64,000 nucleotides of DNA from Geosiphon pyriformis uo1 (lineage: Eukaryota; Fungi; Glomeromycota). The DNA lies in the NCBI GenBank assembly GCA_016748015.1, contig JAAOMT010000675.1:620001-684000 (forward strand), read 5' to 3'. Shown here piece after piece: positions 38,940 to 52,519 of the stretch; within the stretch, counting starts at the first letter, position 1; every line of letters begins with the position of its first letter. Made by a program: the position numbers and the translations under genes. The notes below the pieces were generated by a model, which did no database searches, was not told where the DNA came from, and saw nothing but the letters and a program-made list of their open reading frames with translations.

Positions 38940-40584
38940 TGTTACTAATAAAAAAAACATACAAGAAAATAGTAAGAAAAACAGATAAACCAATAAGAAA
39001 ATAGTAGCTAGCATGTAAGCATATTGCTTAGCAATGTGAGCATTGCTTAAGAAATTATAGCACATTACTTGAGAATGTAAGTGATCTTATAGAACTCAAA
39101 TTATATATATATAACAAGAACATTAGAAGCAGAAAAAACAGAATTAATACTAAAATTTCCCTATTAAAAAACATCTTAGTTAGAATCATCAATATTAATA
39201 AATAATTATTTACTATCTAAATTTTTTTTCTTACTATTAACACTTTATGTTGATAGTATTTGATACTTGATCACACTGGAACAATAGCTCTTGATTATGG
39301 TGCTATAGTTTAAAAATTTAGCAAAAGAATTATAAAAATAATATAAACTATTCAATCATAATATAGCGCAGTAATAATCTTAGAAAGGTAATGATTAACA
39401 TAGTAGCAAATACCATCTCGCAATAGTGGCAAGCACCAGTTCACAATAGCAGCCAATACCAATTGGTAATAGCAGCAAACACTAGGTTGAAATATCAAAA
39501 AGAAAGTATTACAATGTGTTTTCTTGTAGAACTACAAACATGTATATATACAGTAGCTTTAATATTGGGAAAAGACAATTAAGTAATAAAAATCATAACT
39601 TATCAAGCAATAGATCCAATTTTATCCAACAAACTCCACTTTAAATCGTACTTTTAAATTAAATATCCCAAGAAATCTTTAAATCAAAAAGAAATGAAAA
39701 AGAATATTTAAAACTGAATTATCACAATCCAAAGTATTAAAAAACTTACTTGTATTATTTATTGAATGAAACTATTATTTATCAGCTGAATCTCTTGGAA
39801 GAATAATCTTTGATCAAGATTATTCATGTTGTTACTAATTGATAAAAGCTTTATTGTAAGAATTAGGAAAAGTGCTAAAGACCATTAACATTCTGTGTTT
39901 CTAGATTAGAGAAATACATCAGGCAATTACAAAAATAGCCTCAGAAAAGACCCCAGACAGTAGGTAGATTTCAGTTTAGTCTTTGAGAAAGAGTACATAA
40001 ACACACACAACAATCAGGAATTGAGGAATAACTTACATCGCAACATTAAAAAGAAAGCCTTCAGTATAATAGTAATATTATTACACAAATAGAATTGAGG
40101 AACTCACAAAAGACTGATTGCAATTAAAATGAGATATCGGCAATTAAATATAACAAGAAGACCATCCCGTAACAATGACTATTGATAGGATATTAACTTT
40201 TTATTGCCTTGGCTTATTTTCTTTATTTTCTTTTTATTTCTTTTTTTTTAGTTTGTTTCTTTATTGTTTACTAATTAATTAATATAAAGATACTAACATC
40301 AGAATATAGCACTGGTAAAAAACCCAGAAATAAAGATAGACACTTAAAATTGAGGATAGTCTACCAAAAAAATTACCAGCTACTACACTGAAAAAAAAAT
40401 TGATGGAATTGCAATTCTGGAAAGTAATAGATAAAACATCATTGAATCTTTGTCTATTATACAAAAAACTTAACCAAAACCTTCAAATACCAAAATCTTC
40501 AGATACTAACATTCATATTAGCTATTGAGCACCAAGTTACAGGTTTGTTATTTGATTTGAGACTCCAAATAATCATCTGTAATA
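38940..40584 (+). mobile_element. Solo LTR, family B (interrupted by solo LTR-C)
   Basis: TGTTAC...TGTAATA termini; TSD ATAT/ACAT; collinear with revcomp 47746-48573 once 39301-40178 is removed. Confidence 0.88.
39301..40174 (+). mobile_element. Solo LTR, family C
   Basis: TGCTATAG...CCGTAACA (decayed inverted termini); TSD ATGG/ATGA; the empty site TTGATCATGGCTATTG is present at ~63005. Confidence 0.8.
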
Positions 40585-43500
40585 ACATCTACCAAAACTA
40601 ACCACAAAAAATTCTATAATACCAAGTAACCAAATCACCCTATCTAATAACACAAATACCACACTACAAGACAAATCTGAAACCAAATTATTATTCCCAA
40701 CCAATCCAGTTTTCTTTATGTCTACTTTATGTTTGAATCTTACAAACCATACCTTAGTGTAATACAATTTTACCAAATAACTTATGTATTTAACAAAAGC
40801 AAAAATAGCTTTTTTTTTCTTATTAAAAACTATAAGAGTCTTAGCATATCAGTTTTTTAGCACAAATTTTTTGCAAATTGCAGCATATAAACTCAAATTT
40901 GAAAAACACAAAGAAAATGTTTGCAAAACAGCAGAAAAAAACAAGTAAAAAGCATCTAGCAATAACACTTATTTTTCAGAAGCTTTAGCCAAAATGTTCT
41001 CTCAAATACTTTTATCTCCAGCATATATAAAAACATAATTAAACAACTTTATCTCATCATACAACAAACACAATATGTCAAAATATTTTTTGTTATATAA
41101 TTTTTTTCTAATTATTATAAGCAATTATCTAAGTATTGTCTTCATTAAATATATGTGCTAATTGGCAGATTTTTTATTAGTAAATTCAAAAAGTATATGT
41201 GAATTAAGATGCTAGACTCTTGTGGTAGCTATTTAATTTATCTTCCTAATTAACACACTTGAAACCACATCAAAACTAAATCTGGTCTTTCATTAAGCAT
41301 AACAAATAAATCTATATAAATTTCAGACAAAACAATAAATATTGTTAAATACAGTTGTATTTTCAGTCATTATAAAACATTTTTTCATCTCTATTGGCAG
41401 AGACAAAAAAGAGTAAGCAGTTTTGTCTGCCATAATATCAGTCTTAATATTGTTTGAAATTCTTGAGTAATTCTTAACTTTTATCCAATTCACAGAAAAA
41501 TCTTTGTCCCTAATCAGATTAATAATATGCCTTTTTTTCATTTAGTACTGATTATAAAAGTTTGGTACAGCAAACTTGACTTCAGACAGACATATATCTA
41601 TGGCAGCTTGGCTGTTCAAATACAAAACTACTGCACAAAAAAATAAAACACATTTCTAAAACAAAGCAACAATCTATAATTCAGCCATTGTAAAAGACAG
41701 AAGCCTACATATCTCAACTCTAATATTTATATCTGCAGCTAAAAAGTAAGCAGTTACTTTATTAGCAATCTTAGCAAAACCAATGTTTTTTAAGGAATTA
41801 TCTGTGTATACTTTAATTGAATCAGACCAAATTTTGTGCAAACAGATTTATATTTTAGAAAACTTTTCAGATTTCAAGACATTTAAACTAGATAATCATT
41901 TAATATTAGCAAAAATGGCCACCAAAAAACTTTTATTATGTAAAAATTTTGATATTAGCTTGAACCAATAAGACACAAAGCCTCTAAAATTCAGTTTTTT
42001 CTATCAACAAATTGTCATTCAATCTATTATGTTTCTTTTTTTGTCCAAAAATCTGTTATTAAATACAATATTAAACCACTTTAAAAAATAAACAGAACTA
42101 AGAAACAAAAACTTCTCTAAAATATCTAATATTGAAAACTTTCCTGGACTATAAAATACATTGAACAAATTGTTTATTAGAGATAAATCATTGTCTAAAA
42201 AATTTTCATTATTTCAGCCAGAAAATTATTTATTGAACTAATGTGCAACTTGACAAAAAACTGCAAAAAATTTAAGAAAGCCTATTTCAAAACCTGCAGA
42301 TTCAAGAATCTGTGATCAAACAAATACCCAAAAATGCCTAATATATTTGAAAAAGCAACCAATAAAGCCGATTTTTTTTTAAATTGTATCTGTTCAAAAA
42401 ATTTCAGCTCATATAAGAAAAAGTAATACAGAGGCTTATTAAAAAAATTATATAACAAATTGGCTTTTAATTTAAGATTTTTTCTAACCAAAACATTTTA
42501 TTTGTAACATATATTAAATTAAATAAAACTAAATTGGATCTTATATTCAACTATAAGTTATAAAACCACTAAAACCAAATAAGAAAACTGTTTATATATA
42601 ATAGCTTTTCTGAATATTATATTGACAAAGAATTAAACATCAAAATAAGTCTTAGCCAGACTTGGCTTAGACAACTTCTTAGTTAACAAAAAGATATCCA
42701 AATATCTGTGTGTCTTACTCTTTTTGACAATTGAAATTGGTAATTCACTAATTTTTAAAGAAGCAACTTTAACACTGTAGTTAATAAAAATAACTACTGT
42801 TTTTTTATTATTAATAGAAATATTATTAAGCAAAAAAAATTTACTGACAATGTCCAAATCATACTGTATAGAAGTCTAACTATTTTTAACTCAAGTTATA
42901 TTATTTACAAAAGCACCAACAGCAAAAAAAAACATTTTATCACTATTCTTTATCTTGTTTGTCTTGGTTATAAACTTAGTATTAATATAATATTTACACA
43001 AATATTTATGTCTTTTAACCTTATACAAGAGTGGATTATAAAAAATTCTCCAAAGAAGAGATAAGAAGACTTTACTTTGATTTAACTTATTATGTATTCT
43101 ATAGCTATCTAAAAGACCAAAATCAGTTATTATTCTATTGATTTTATTTTTATATATGTTATCAAAAAATCTAATAAACTGTTTACACATCTTAATTTGC
43201 TGTAAACTAGTCTTTAAGTAATGTTAACCAACCAAGTCATATGCTTTATACATATTCTGCAGGACCAACCAAAGTTTTCTATTTTTTTTCAAAGCATTTT
43301 TAATTATTAACCTAACAGTAAACACAGAAAACTGAGTAGATATATTCTTCAAAACTAAAAAATTGTCCTCATAAAGAACACCAAACTTGCTATATACAGA
43401 TAAAATCTGATCAGATAGAATTTTAAAAAAAATTTTTTTGGCCATTTTAATTAAAGCAATAGGTTGAATGTTTGTTAAAATCCTATCCCAATTATAAAGT

Positions 43501-44537
43501 TTAAGAATTCTTAAAACCCAAGTCTTTTTTCATAAAACAAAAACACTACCAAAGAACAAACATATATTTAATAGCTTTAAAAAGCATTTCACCACATTAT
43601 TATTATTATGCTTCTAAAATTTATTAAGAATATCAAACAAATCAGCAGCCTTACTATTAAGCAAACTATTAATTCCCAAGAATAGTTTTCTTGTATTGAT
43701 TTTTTTTATTATGCCTAAAAAAGCATTATTATTTACATAATTCAATAGTGCATATTAGTAAGCCTAAAAATCAAGTATTTTCAGAAACACAGTCTGCTTT
43801 TTTATTCAGCTTTTTATAATTTTATTAATACTGAGTTTTATTTTTTCTGGTTCCAAAACCAATTCACTTTCTACTACCAAGTGATTAAAAACTACCTTGT
43901 GGAAAAACCAATCTAAGATATTTTTTATTATATTTTCTTTATTAGAACAAAAACTTTTTATGTATTTTTTGATTGCTTTCTTAATAAATGCTTTTTTAGC
44001 CAATTTTGACTTATAAAGCTTAGAGTTTCTGTATTTTTTTCATATCATTAATAAATATTTGAAAACATTTATCAACTTTCCATTAATCTAAACTATATTT
44101 ATAATTTTAAAAGCTTTACTATTATTCAAAGTTAACTATTTCTTAGCAAGACAATTAAATTCAAGCAAGTTATCTGAATTCAACTTTTTAATAATCTTAG
44201 CAACTAGTAATTGCAATCCAAAAAACCTTAAAAACTGTCTGTTTTTCAAACACTGAAATTTATTAAATCAATGTCTAGAAAATGTTTTGTTAGCTGACTT
44301 TTACTATTATCTTTTTTAGCAAATTTTACATAACATCTAAATTCTTACAAGCTTTTACTCCTAAAAACTTATTATTCACTGCTAAAAGCTTAGTAAAAAA
44401 ATATTTTTTAAATTATATTTATTTAGTATTATCTGTATTTTTGATTTTAAATTTCTGATAATTCTTATTAGTTTGCTTATACATACTATTTAGACAAATA
44501 TTTAAGAAATTATCCAGACCAATTGACACCAAGATAG

Positions 44538-47500
44538 TGTTATCAGTAGAATTTTAACATAAAATTATCCTTATAATTCCTATTATTAATTAGCATATAT
44601 TATTATCATTTTGATTATTACTTATTATTTAATCAAATTATTAAATATTATTATTTAATTAATAACTTGATTTGTATTATAGAAATTAAAATAATCAAAT
44701 TACACAATACTCTAAACCATTTAATATAGTCAAAATTTGCCAAAATTAATAAAAATTGGCCGAAATAATCAATAGTTGGTAAAAATAATTTGTAGTTTGC
44801 CAAAATATATCTTTAGTTTACCAAAATTAGAACAAAAAGAAAAGTGCAAGTTCAAAGACTAGTATTACAACAAGTTGTATAAAAAAAGAGCTTCTTTCTT
44901 TAAAAAAATAGTATCTTCTTATAGTATTTTACCATAGTATTTTACTTTAAATATTGTAATTAAAACAAATTATCTTTTATACATCTTAAATAAAAATTAA
45001 AATATTCAAAAACCAAATCCTTGATTATTACACTTAAAATTTTTTCAACACAAACTAACATTTTGAAATTAATTAGCTACCAATTTCAATAAATTGTTAG
45101 TAATTCCAGACTTGAATATAAAATGTTTCCCTTAACAGAATTCTATTTCTTTTACATTTCTTTTATTTTTACTTTTTTTTCTTATTATAATCATTAGGTG
45201 GCTAGCCACATGTAAAAAGTGCATGAACTGCATTTAGTTTGAGCCTCTTAGTTTGGTTCTATGTATTAGATAGTGGTTGGGCTACGCTAGTTAAATATAA
45301 TCATTAGGATAGCCTACAAATGAGATTCCTATAGAAGAGTTGACTTTTACAACAAAATAACTACATATTTTAGTAAGCTTCTAAACAAACAATTCCTGGA
45401 AAAGAGTTGATGTTTATTATAATAAAACTATATAAAGTAACTGGTAAGGAATTGGCCATTTTACTTATAAGTTTAGCAGTTCAAATTATAGGAAATAATT
45501 TGAAGATAAATTCAGTTATTAGAGATTCAACTACTTTCAGAAAACAAAAATTCACAACAAACAGATATTAACAACATTCAAGAAAAGAGACCAAAAAATT
45601 TTCAGTAATATTTGGTGCTCTTTTACAGAAATAACACAGCAACAACAAATTCAAAGTGGCAACCATACCAAACACAACAACTTTAGAATATTACCAGTCA
45701 ATTTACACTCACTGCAAACAAAGATTCAATATCCAAGACGAAATTAAAATTTACAAGAAATCACTATATTAATACATCAAAAACCACATCAACAATTATT
45801 TTTTTGGAAATTACAACATTTCAGAAGTTAGAAACAACTTTTATAATAATCTATTGCACTATTTACAATTAGAAACTGAAGACCTTAACAATGAAACACT
45901 TGCCACCTACTTCTAAGAACTTAATTTTAACATTATTCAGTATTATAAAAAAAAATATCCAGTACAGTCTAAATACTCTCTTGACTTTGAATCAGAACCA
46001 AAAAATAGCAACAAAAAGCAAAAAAAGACACTTCAAGCTATTCATACAACTTACAACACACCAAAAACAACTGCCAAATACTTACAAACATTTGAACAAA
46101 AAACCAGTGTCAAATTACCACTTTCTATTACACCATTTCTAATTTTACTTGCTTAATCACAAACACCAAATTCATCACTTATCCAATTCTCAAGACCAAA
46201 AGATTTCACTTTACCAAAAAATCTTACTCAATAGCAGAAATCAATATCAACCAGCACCAATTTTCTTGATTACTTATAGAAAAATGAAAGTAATCATTCA
46301 GAGAACTTGGAAAGTAAAAAAACTAAATTAAAACAAGAAGAAACTACAGAAAACAAAGAAGAAATGACAACTGCTTATATTGCAAAGATTCCAGAATTTA
46401 CAAAAAAAGATAATAAAACCAGTCCATAAGAATGGCTGGATAAAGTTGAGAAAACAGAAAATGCCAATGGAAAGCAATTCTTTATTTCTTATAAGGAACT
46501 GTTGAAGAATGATTTAAAAACTTAGAAACACCACTAAAAAATTGGCAAGCATTTAAAACTGCTTTTCTAGAACAGTTCACTGATAACAACACTTCTATTA
46601 CTCTCCAAAATTGGTTCCAAAATATCAAACAAAAACCAAGTAAATTAGTTATGACCTACCTAAGGAAGTTCAACAAACTTCTTAGAAAGATTTACTAGTT
46701 AAAAACCAATAAATACTATTCTGATGCCCAAATTTTAGATCAATTTATTACTAGATTAAAAGATAAACTCATAAAAAAAGTGCATCCACATTCATCTAAA
46801 AATTTGGCCACTGCTATCCAACATGTAAAGAATTATAAAATAGCTATGGAAGAAACTAATTACACAAAACTTGTAAATCTTGTCATTGAAGAAACCTGCT
46901 TAGCAGTTGAAAAAAAAATTGACCAACTTACAAAAAAGGTTGAAAACTATTTTACCAACCAATAACAGCAACAACAAATGCGAAAATATCAGCCACTAGA
47001 ATGATAAAACCAAAACAACTACCCATTATTATCAAACAGCCAAAACCAAAGTTGTCACTATTGTGAGATTTTAGAACATTGGAAACGAGATTGCAGAAAG
47101 CTACAAAAAGACCAACAAAACAGGAGTAATTAATATTACTCTTCAACACAACAATCTTATTATCAGCTTTCACTACCAGCCTACTATTCTTTAAGATCCC
47201 AACAGCAAAAAAATTACTATTAGCCTGCTTTACAGTAGCAATATCAACAACTTTTATCAATCCAACAGTATCAACAACCATCTACACAACAATATCAAAT
47301 ACCAGCCTAAAAATTGGTTCAACAAAACCAATTTACATTTCAAAATCAATTTCAGAATAATAACAATAGAATCAACCCAAATAACCAGTTAGTTTTCCGA
47401 AATTCTGGTCAACAAAGACCCAATCACTATCATACTCAACTCAGCTATCTCACAATACCTGAAAAATTGGATTTTCAATAAATTGCACTTTCTGAAGATG

Positions 47501-47745
47501 AAATTGCAACACTAAGATCAAATCCTTCCAACAATACTATTCCACCAACACAAATTACTCAAAATGCCAACCTATCAGATATATTTCCATTTGAATTTAA
47601 AGCCAATAAATCACCATTTTTGCTTAGCAATGCAGCAATCAATAAACAAAAAGCAATTACTGCTATGTATACTAAAGTTGAAATAAAAGAAAAACAAATC
47701 TGCTTGATTCTAGACAATAGATTAACTGAAAGCATTATTACCTAT
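44538..47745 (+). mobile_element. Gypsy G2 5' part: LTR-A (44538-45610), PBS (45613-45629), gag with Zn knuckle, start of protease
   Basis: TGTTATCAG start; TGGTGCTC PBS; CHYCEILEHWKRDC (~47052); LILDNRLTESIIT (decayed LILDSGSAGSIIT) cut by G1. Confidence 0.88.
45199..45295 (+). mobile_element. 97-bp extremely 5'-truncated LINE (3' UTR tip) with 13-bp TSD, inserted in LTR-A
   Basis: TATAATCATTAGG is duplicated (45186-45198, 45296-45308). The insert aligns with revcomp 10913-11008 and is absent from the other three LTR-A copies. Confidence 0.9.
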
Positions 47746-48586
47746 TATTACAAGTGATTATTTGAGGTTTCAAAGCAAATAACAAACCTGTAACTTGGTG
47801 CTCAATTAATATACTGATGTTGGTTTCTGATGATTTTGGTTATCTGAAGGTTTGGTTGAGTTCTTTGTATAATAGACAGAAATTTAACTAATAGTTTTAT
47901 CCATAGCTTCCTGAAACCGCAGTTTTGTCAATTTTTTTTTTAGTGTAATGGCTGGTAATCCTTCTGGTAAGATATCCTCAATTTTAAGTGTTTACTCTTA
48001 TTCCTGGGTTTTTTACCAGTGCTATATCCTGATGTCAGTACCTTCATGTGTAAATTTTTTTAATCAAGTTAACAAAACAACAAAGAAAATAAAGCAAAAA
48101 AAAATAAAGAAATAAGCCAAGGCAATTTACACATTAGTATTCCATCAATAGCTGTGATCAAGAGCTATTGTTCCAGTATGATTAAGTATCAATTATTATC
48201 AACATAAAATGTTGATAGTGAAAAATAGATTAAGATAGTGAATAATTATTTATTGATATTTGTGATATGGAAAATTGCTTAGATCAAATCTAAACTAAAA
48301 AATCTGTCTTTTTTTTTCTAATACTACTGCTATATATACCTAATTTATGTTCTATGAGATCACTTACATTTTTAAGTGATGTGCTATGATTTTTTGAACA
48401 ATGCTTACATTGCTAAGCAATGTGCCCTAATTTTCTAATATTGCTTTACATTGTTGAGCAATGTGCTGTAATTTTTAATATTGCTCCATATTGCTGAGCA
48501 ATGTGCTTATGTGTTAACTACTACTCTCTTATTGGTCTACTATTTTCTATATCTGTTTTCTTTATAAGTAACATTATCTTCTCTTT

Positions 48587-49222
48587 TTAATATTGAGCTC
48601 TGTTGAAATTCTCATTTTGAATTATGTCAAATATTTCTTTTTTAAGTAGCATCTGTTCTACTCTGCTTTTTATTTCTTCAATTTGTGAGTTGTTCATTCA
48701 TTCCTATTGGTTAATGATTATTGTTTCCATGTTAGAGTATAACAATATTTTTGGGTAGTTTTGAAATATAGTATGTAGTCAATAAATAGTTCTGATGTGT
48801 AGTGTCAAATTTGTTTTCTTTCCAATAATGTCTTCAATGTTCTGAATTATCTCTTAATTGAAAATTCTCTTGAATTTGTTCAGATATAATTTCTGAATAT
48901 TTATTTTTCATCCCAATTGATAGTAGCAGTATGGTATTAAAAGTTGGTCTATCCATTGGTTTCAATTTTTTTTCATCAGTTCTTCTGTTGGAATGATAAT
49001 AGTTATCTTTTCAAAAGTGTTCTTTACTTTCTCTACTATTTTATCTGACCAGTTTATTGATTGTTTCTGTAGTTGCTAGTATAGTGTACTTTTCCCTTTT
49101 TGTTTGGTGTTTTGATAACAAATTGTTTGGTTGTTAATGATAATTTCCATGTTTACTTGCTGTTGACTTAAAGCCTAAAACAATTGTTGAGCTAAAGTGT
49201 GAATATGGTCTGGTATTTCCAT
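48587..49222 (-). pseudogene. G1 ORF3: ~211-codon extra ORF of unknown function between integrase and PPT (8 in-frame stops, no frameshift)
   Basis: MEIPDHIHTLAQQLF*ALSQQQVNMEIIINNQTICY...LLIPYCYYQLG*KI...IY*LHTIFQNYP...ENFNRAQY*; homologous to 62232-62586. Confidence 0.7.
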
Positions 49223-52200
49223 TTTTTTTTGTTGCTTTTGTTCTGTATACTGTGTTTTTATATATGCTTTTAGTTGTTTAATTTGACGTGTTTGGTTTGA
49301 TAACTATAAATAATTCCAGATCTTGTAGAATCTCATTTGGTTGAACTAGTATTCTCTGTGCTTCCAGTTGTGGAATATTATTAGTGGATGCTGATAGTAT
49401 GCTTTGATATAGTTTTAGTTAATCTCCATATGCTGCTTTGGTTAAAATTTTGTTGTTCAATTTTAATTTATAAGCTTTATTTTCTAGAATTTTTTTTACA
49501 TGAAATGGTTTGTCTTATTTGGAGTCAAATTTTCCACTCCATTGTTTTTTTGTTTTGGTATGATGTAAAAATACTTTGTTTCCAATTCTGAATTTGACTG
49601 GTTTATCTAATAATTGGTTATTGTATCTTTCTTTTTGTTTTTTTTGTGACTTTTGAATGTTATCAGCTGCTTTTTATTATTTGTTTTCTAGTGTTTCTAT
49701 TAAGTTATATGTTCTTTTTAACAATGTTTTTTGAAAATTTTCTTCTGTTATTGGTTCTGTTGGATATGTTTTGACTTTTATTTCAACTGATAATGTTGCT
49801 GTTCTACCATATACTAATTCAAATGATGTTGTTTGTGTAGTATCTTGCTTCATTGTTCAGTAAGCAAATAATATTGATAATATAAACAAATCCCATTTAT
49901 CCTGGTTTTTTTTGGTTAATTTTGGGCTTTACACAATGTTCTGTTGAATCTTTTAACTAACTCATTTGTTTGTAAATGGTATAGTGATAATAATGGTTTT
50001 TTTATTCCAAATTTTTGACTTAATTTTGTCAGTGTTCTATTTACAAAGTGAGTTCCTTAATTTGATAATAGTTTTTTTAAACATCTATGTTGACAAATCA
50101 AATCTTAATAAATGAATTCAGTAATGAATTCTGCATCTGCTTTTTGAATGGCTTTTGCTTCTGGCTATTTAGTGAAATAATTCATGACTACTGCAATATA
50201 TTTGTTGCCTCTGCTGGTGATTGTTAGTGGTCCGACTAAGTCAATTCTAATATGATCAAATGATTGTTTTACTTTAATTGGTCTTAATGGTTCACTGGGT
50301 TTTGTTCCTTCTCTTTTCTAATAAGCATCACAATTTTGAACATATTGGATGATATTTGAATACATAACTGGGAAATAGTATTTTTTCCTGGTTCTTTCTA
50401 TGGTTGCTTCTTTATGAAAATGTCCTGCTGTTAGATTTGAGTGCATATTGAATAATATTGTTTCTTTTTCTGGTTCCATAATTACTCTGGTTAGTTGATC
50501 TGGATTTTTTTTGTTCTTCTAGTAAAGTATATTTTGATGGTTGATAAAATATTTTGATTGCTGTTTTATGTTGTTTTGTTCCTTTTGAGATAATTTCTCC
50601 TTGAACAATTGGATATTTATATAATATTAGAGTTGTTGGTATTTTTGTATATTTATCTTTTTGTTATATTTTTGGGTTAAAATGTTTTTAGATTTGTCTC
50701 ATTTATAACAAGCCATCAGCATTTCCATTTTTTTTTCTTTTTTTGTAATGTACTGTATAATTAAATAATAAAAGCTCTATTTTCTATCTTGCATAATGAT
50801 TGTTTTCAAATTTTTGCTTCTAGATTAAAGTCAATCTTTTATGATCAGTGTATATGTCAAACTTTTAACTCAAGTATTCTTTCCATTTTATAACAGCCCA
50901 ATAGATAGCTAAGTGTTCTAGTGTTAGAGTTTTATAATTCTTTTCAGCTGGACTTAAGCTTCTATTGGTGTAAGCTATTGGGTGTTTTTATTCATCCAGC
51001 TCTTTTTGAGATAGTACTGCTCCCAATGCTTGATCTAACACATCTGTTGTAATTATGAATGGCTTACTATAATCTGAATAGATCAATACTGGTGCTTAAA
51101 TAAGTTTTCTTCTTAATATATTAAACACTTTTTGCTGTATTTCTGTCTATTCATATTTGGTGTTTTTTGTTTGGAGCTGATATAATGGCTGTGCTATTTT
51201 GGAAAAGTCTTTGATAAAGTAGCAATAATATCTAGCAAATTCCAAAAATGCTTTTAATTCTGTAAGATTATTTGGTACTGGAAAGTTCTTAACAATCTTA
51301 ATCTTATCTGGATCTGTTTTAATACCATCTTTGTTCACAACATATTCTAAAAACTTGAGTTTTGTTTTGCTAAAGAAGCATTTGTTTGTATTTAATTTCA
51401 ATCCTGCTCATCTGAGTTTTTCAAATACTTGTTGGAGATGATGCAGATGATCATCAAATGTTTTTGAGAACACATTGGTGTCATTTAAGTATACAACTAC
51501 TGATTTCCATAGCAGTCTAGTATAGACAATTTTTATAAGTCATTGAAATATGACAGAAGCATTCATTAAGCCAAATGACATAACTTCAAATTTGAAATTT
51601 CCTTCTTATGTTGTAAAAGCCATTTTCTCTTTATCTTCCAGTTTTATGGCTACTTGCCAGTAACTACTGTCTAAGTCTAAAATTGAGAACCATTTCTTTC
51701 CTCTAAAAGCATTAAAAAGTTCTTGGATCTTTGGAATTGGGTAGCTATCTCTTTTTGTTACTCTATTCAGTTTCCAGTAATCTACACAAAAGCAGATCTT
51801 TCTATTTTTCTTATGGACTAGTACTACTGGTAATGACCATGGACTCATTAATGGCTGAATTAGCCCATTGTCAAGCATTTAATTGATTTCTTAACAAATA
51901 ATCTTATGGCTGGCTAATGGTATTCTATATGCTCTTTGTTTGATTGACATTGTATCTCCCATCTTAATCTGATGTTGAATAATGTCAGTTCTGCCAAATT
52001 TGTTCTCACTGGCAAAGATATTGTTGAAATTGTTAAGCAATATTTTCAGCTGTATATATTGTAATGAATCTAGATTTCTCAAGTTCATTTGTTTCAATTG
52101 TTTTGGTTGGAGCAGATAACATTCTTCTTGTCTGTATATTGTTTAAGATGTGATGTCAACATATTCACACAGTTGTGAAAAATCTGAAATGGAGTTTGGT

Positions 52201-52519
52201 GATTGTTTTTCAATTTCAGTGGTTAAATATCCAATGATGGTTCTTTCTGGTATCTTAATGGTATTTCTTGTATTGTTGTAAATAAGAATTTTGATGTGAC
52301 TGTGGTTCTTGGCTGGTATGTATAGATTGACTAATCTAATTTCTTCTGATTCACAAAGTGTTGTTTCTGTCTCAAAAATCTGTATTTGATCCTTTATTTT
52401 CCTCTCTATAACTAACATATACTAGTTATATAGTGGAATGAAAATTGATTGACAAGTAGAGATAATTTTTCCCTTGTCAGCAATTTTTTTTTCTGTTATA
52501 TTAACTGGTACATTTATTC

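Larger units (their letters stand above)
38734..44537 (-). mobile_element. LINE copy 3 (decayed): split near the ORF2 C-terminus by solo LTR-B; 5' part cut off by Gypsy G2
   Basis: Poly(T) 38734-38748 and 3' UTR motif. ORF2 end LLGIIEFFVVSFGR|..LCFFFFGLNEN spans the insertion. RT fragments LQNMYKAYDLVG and GAFVNNIT. Confidence 0.88.

Noticed and set aside
49290-49600. Chromodomain after the G1 integrase
   Set aside because: Only a GPY/F-like tail ending LELFIVIK is visible; no aromatic-cage pattern.
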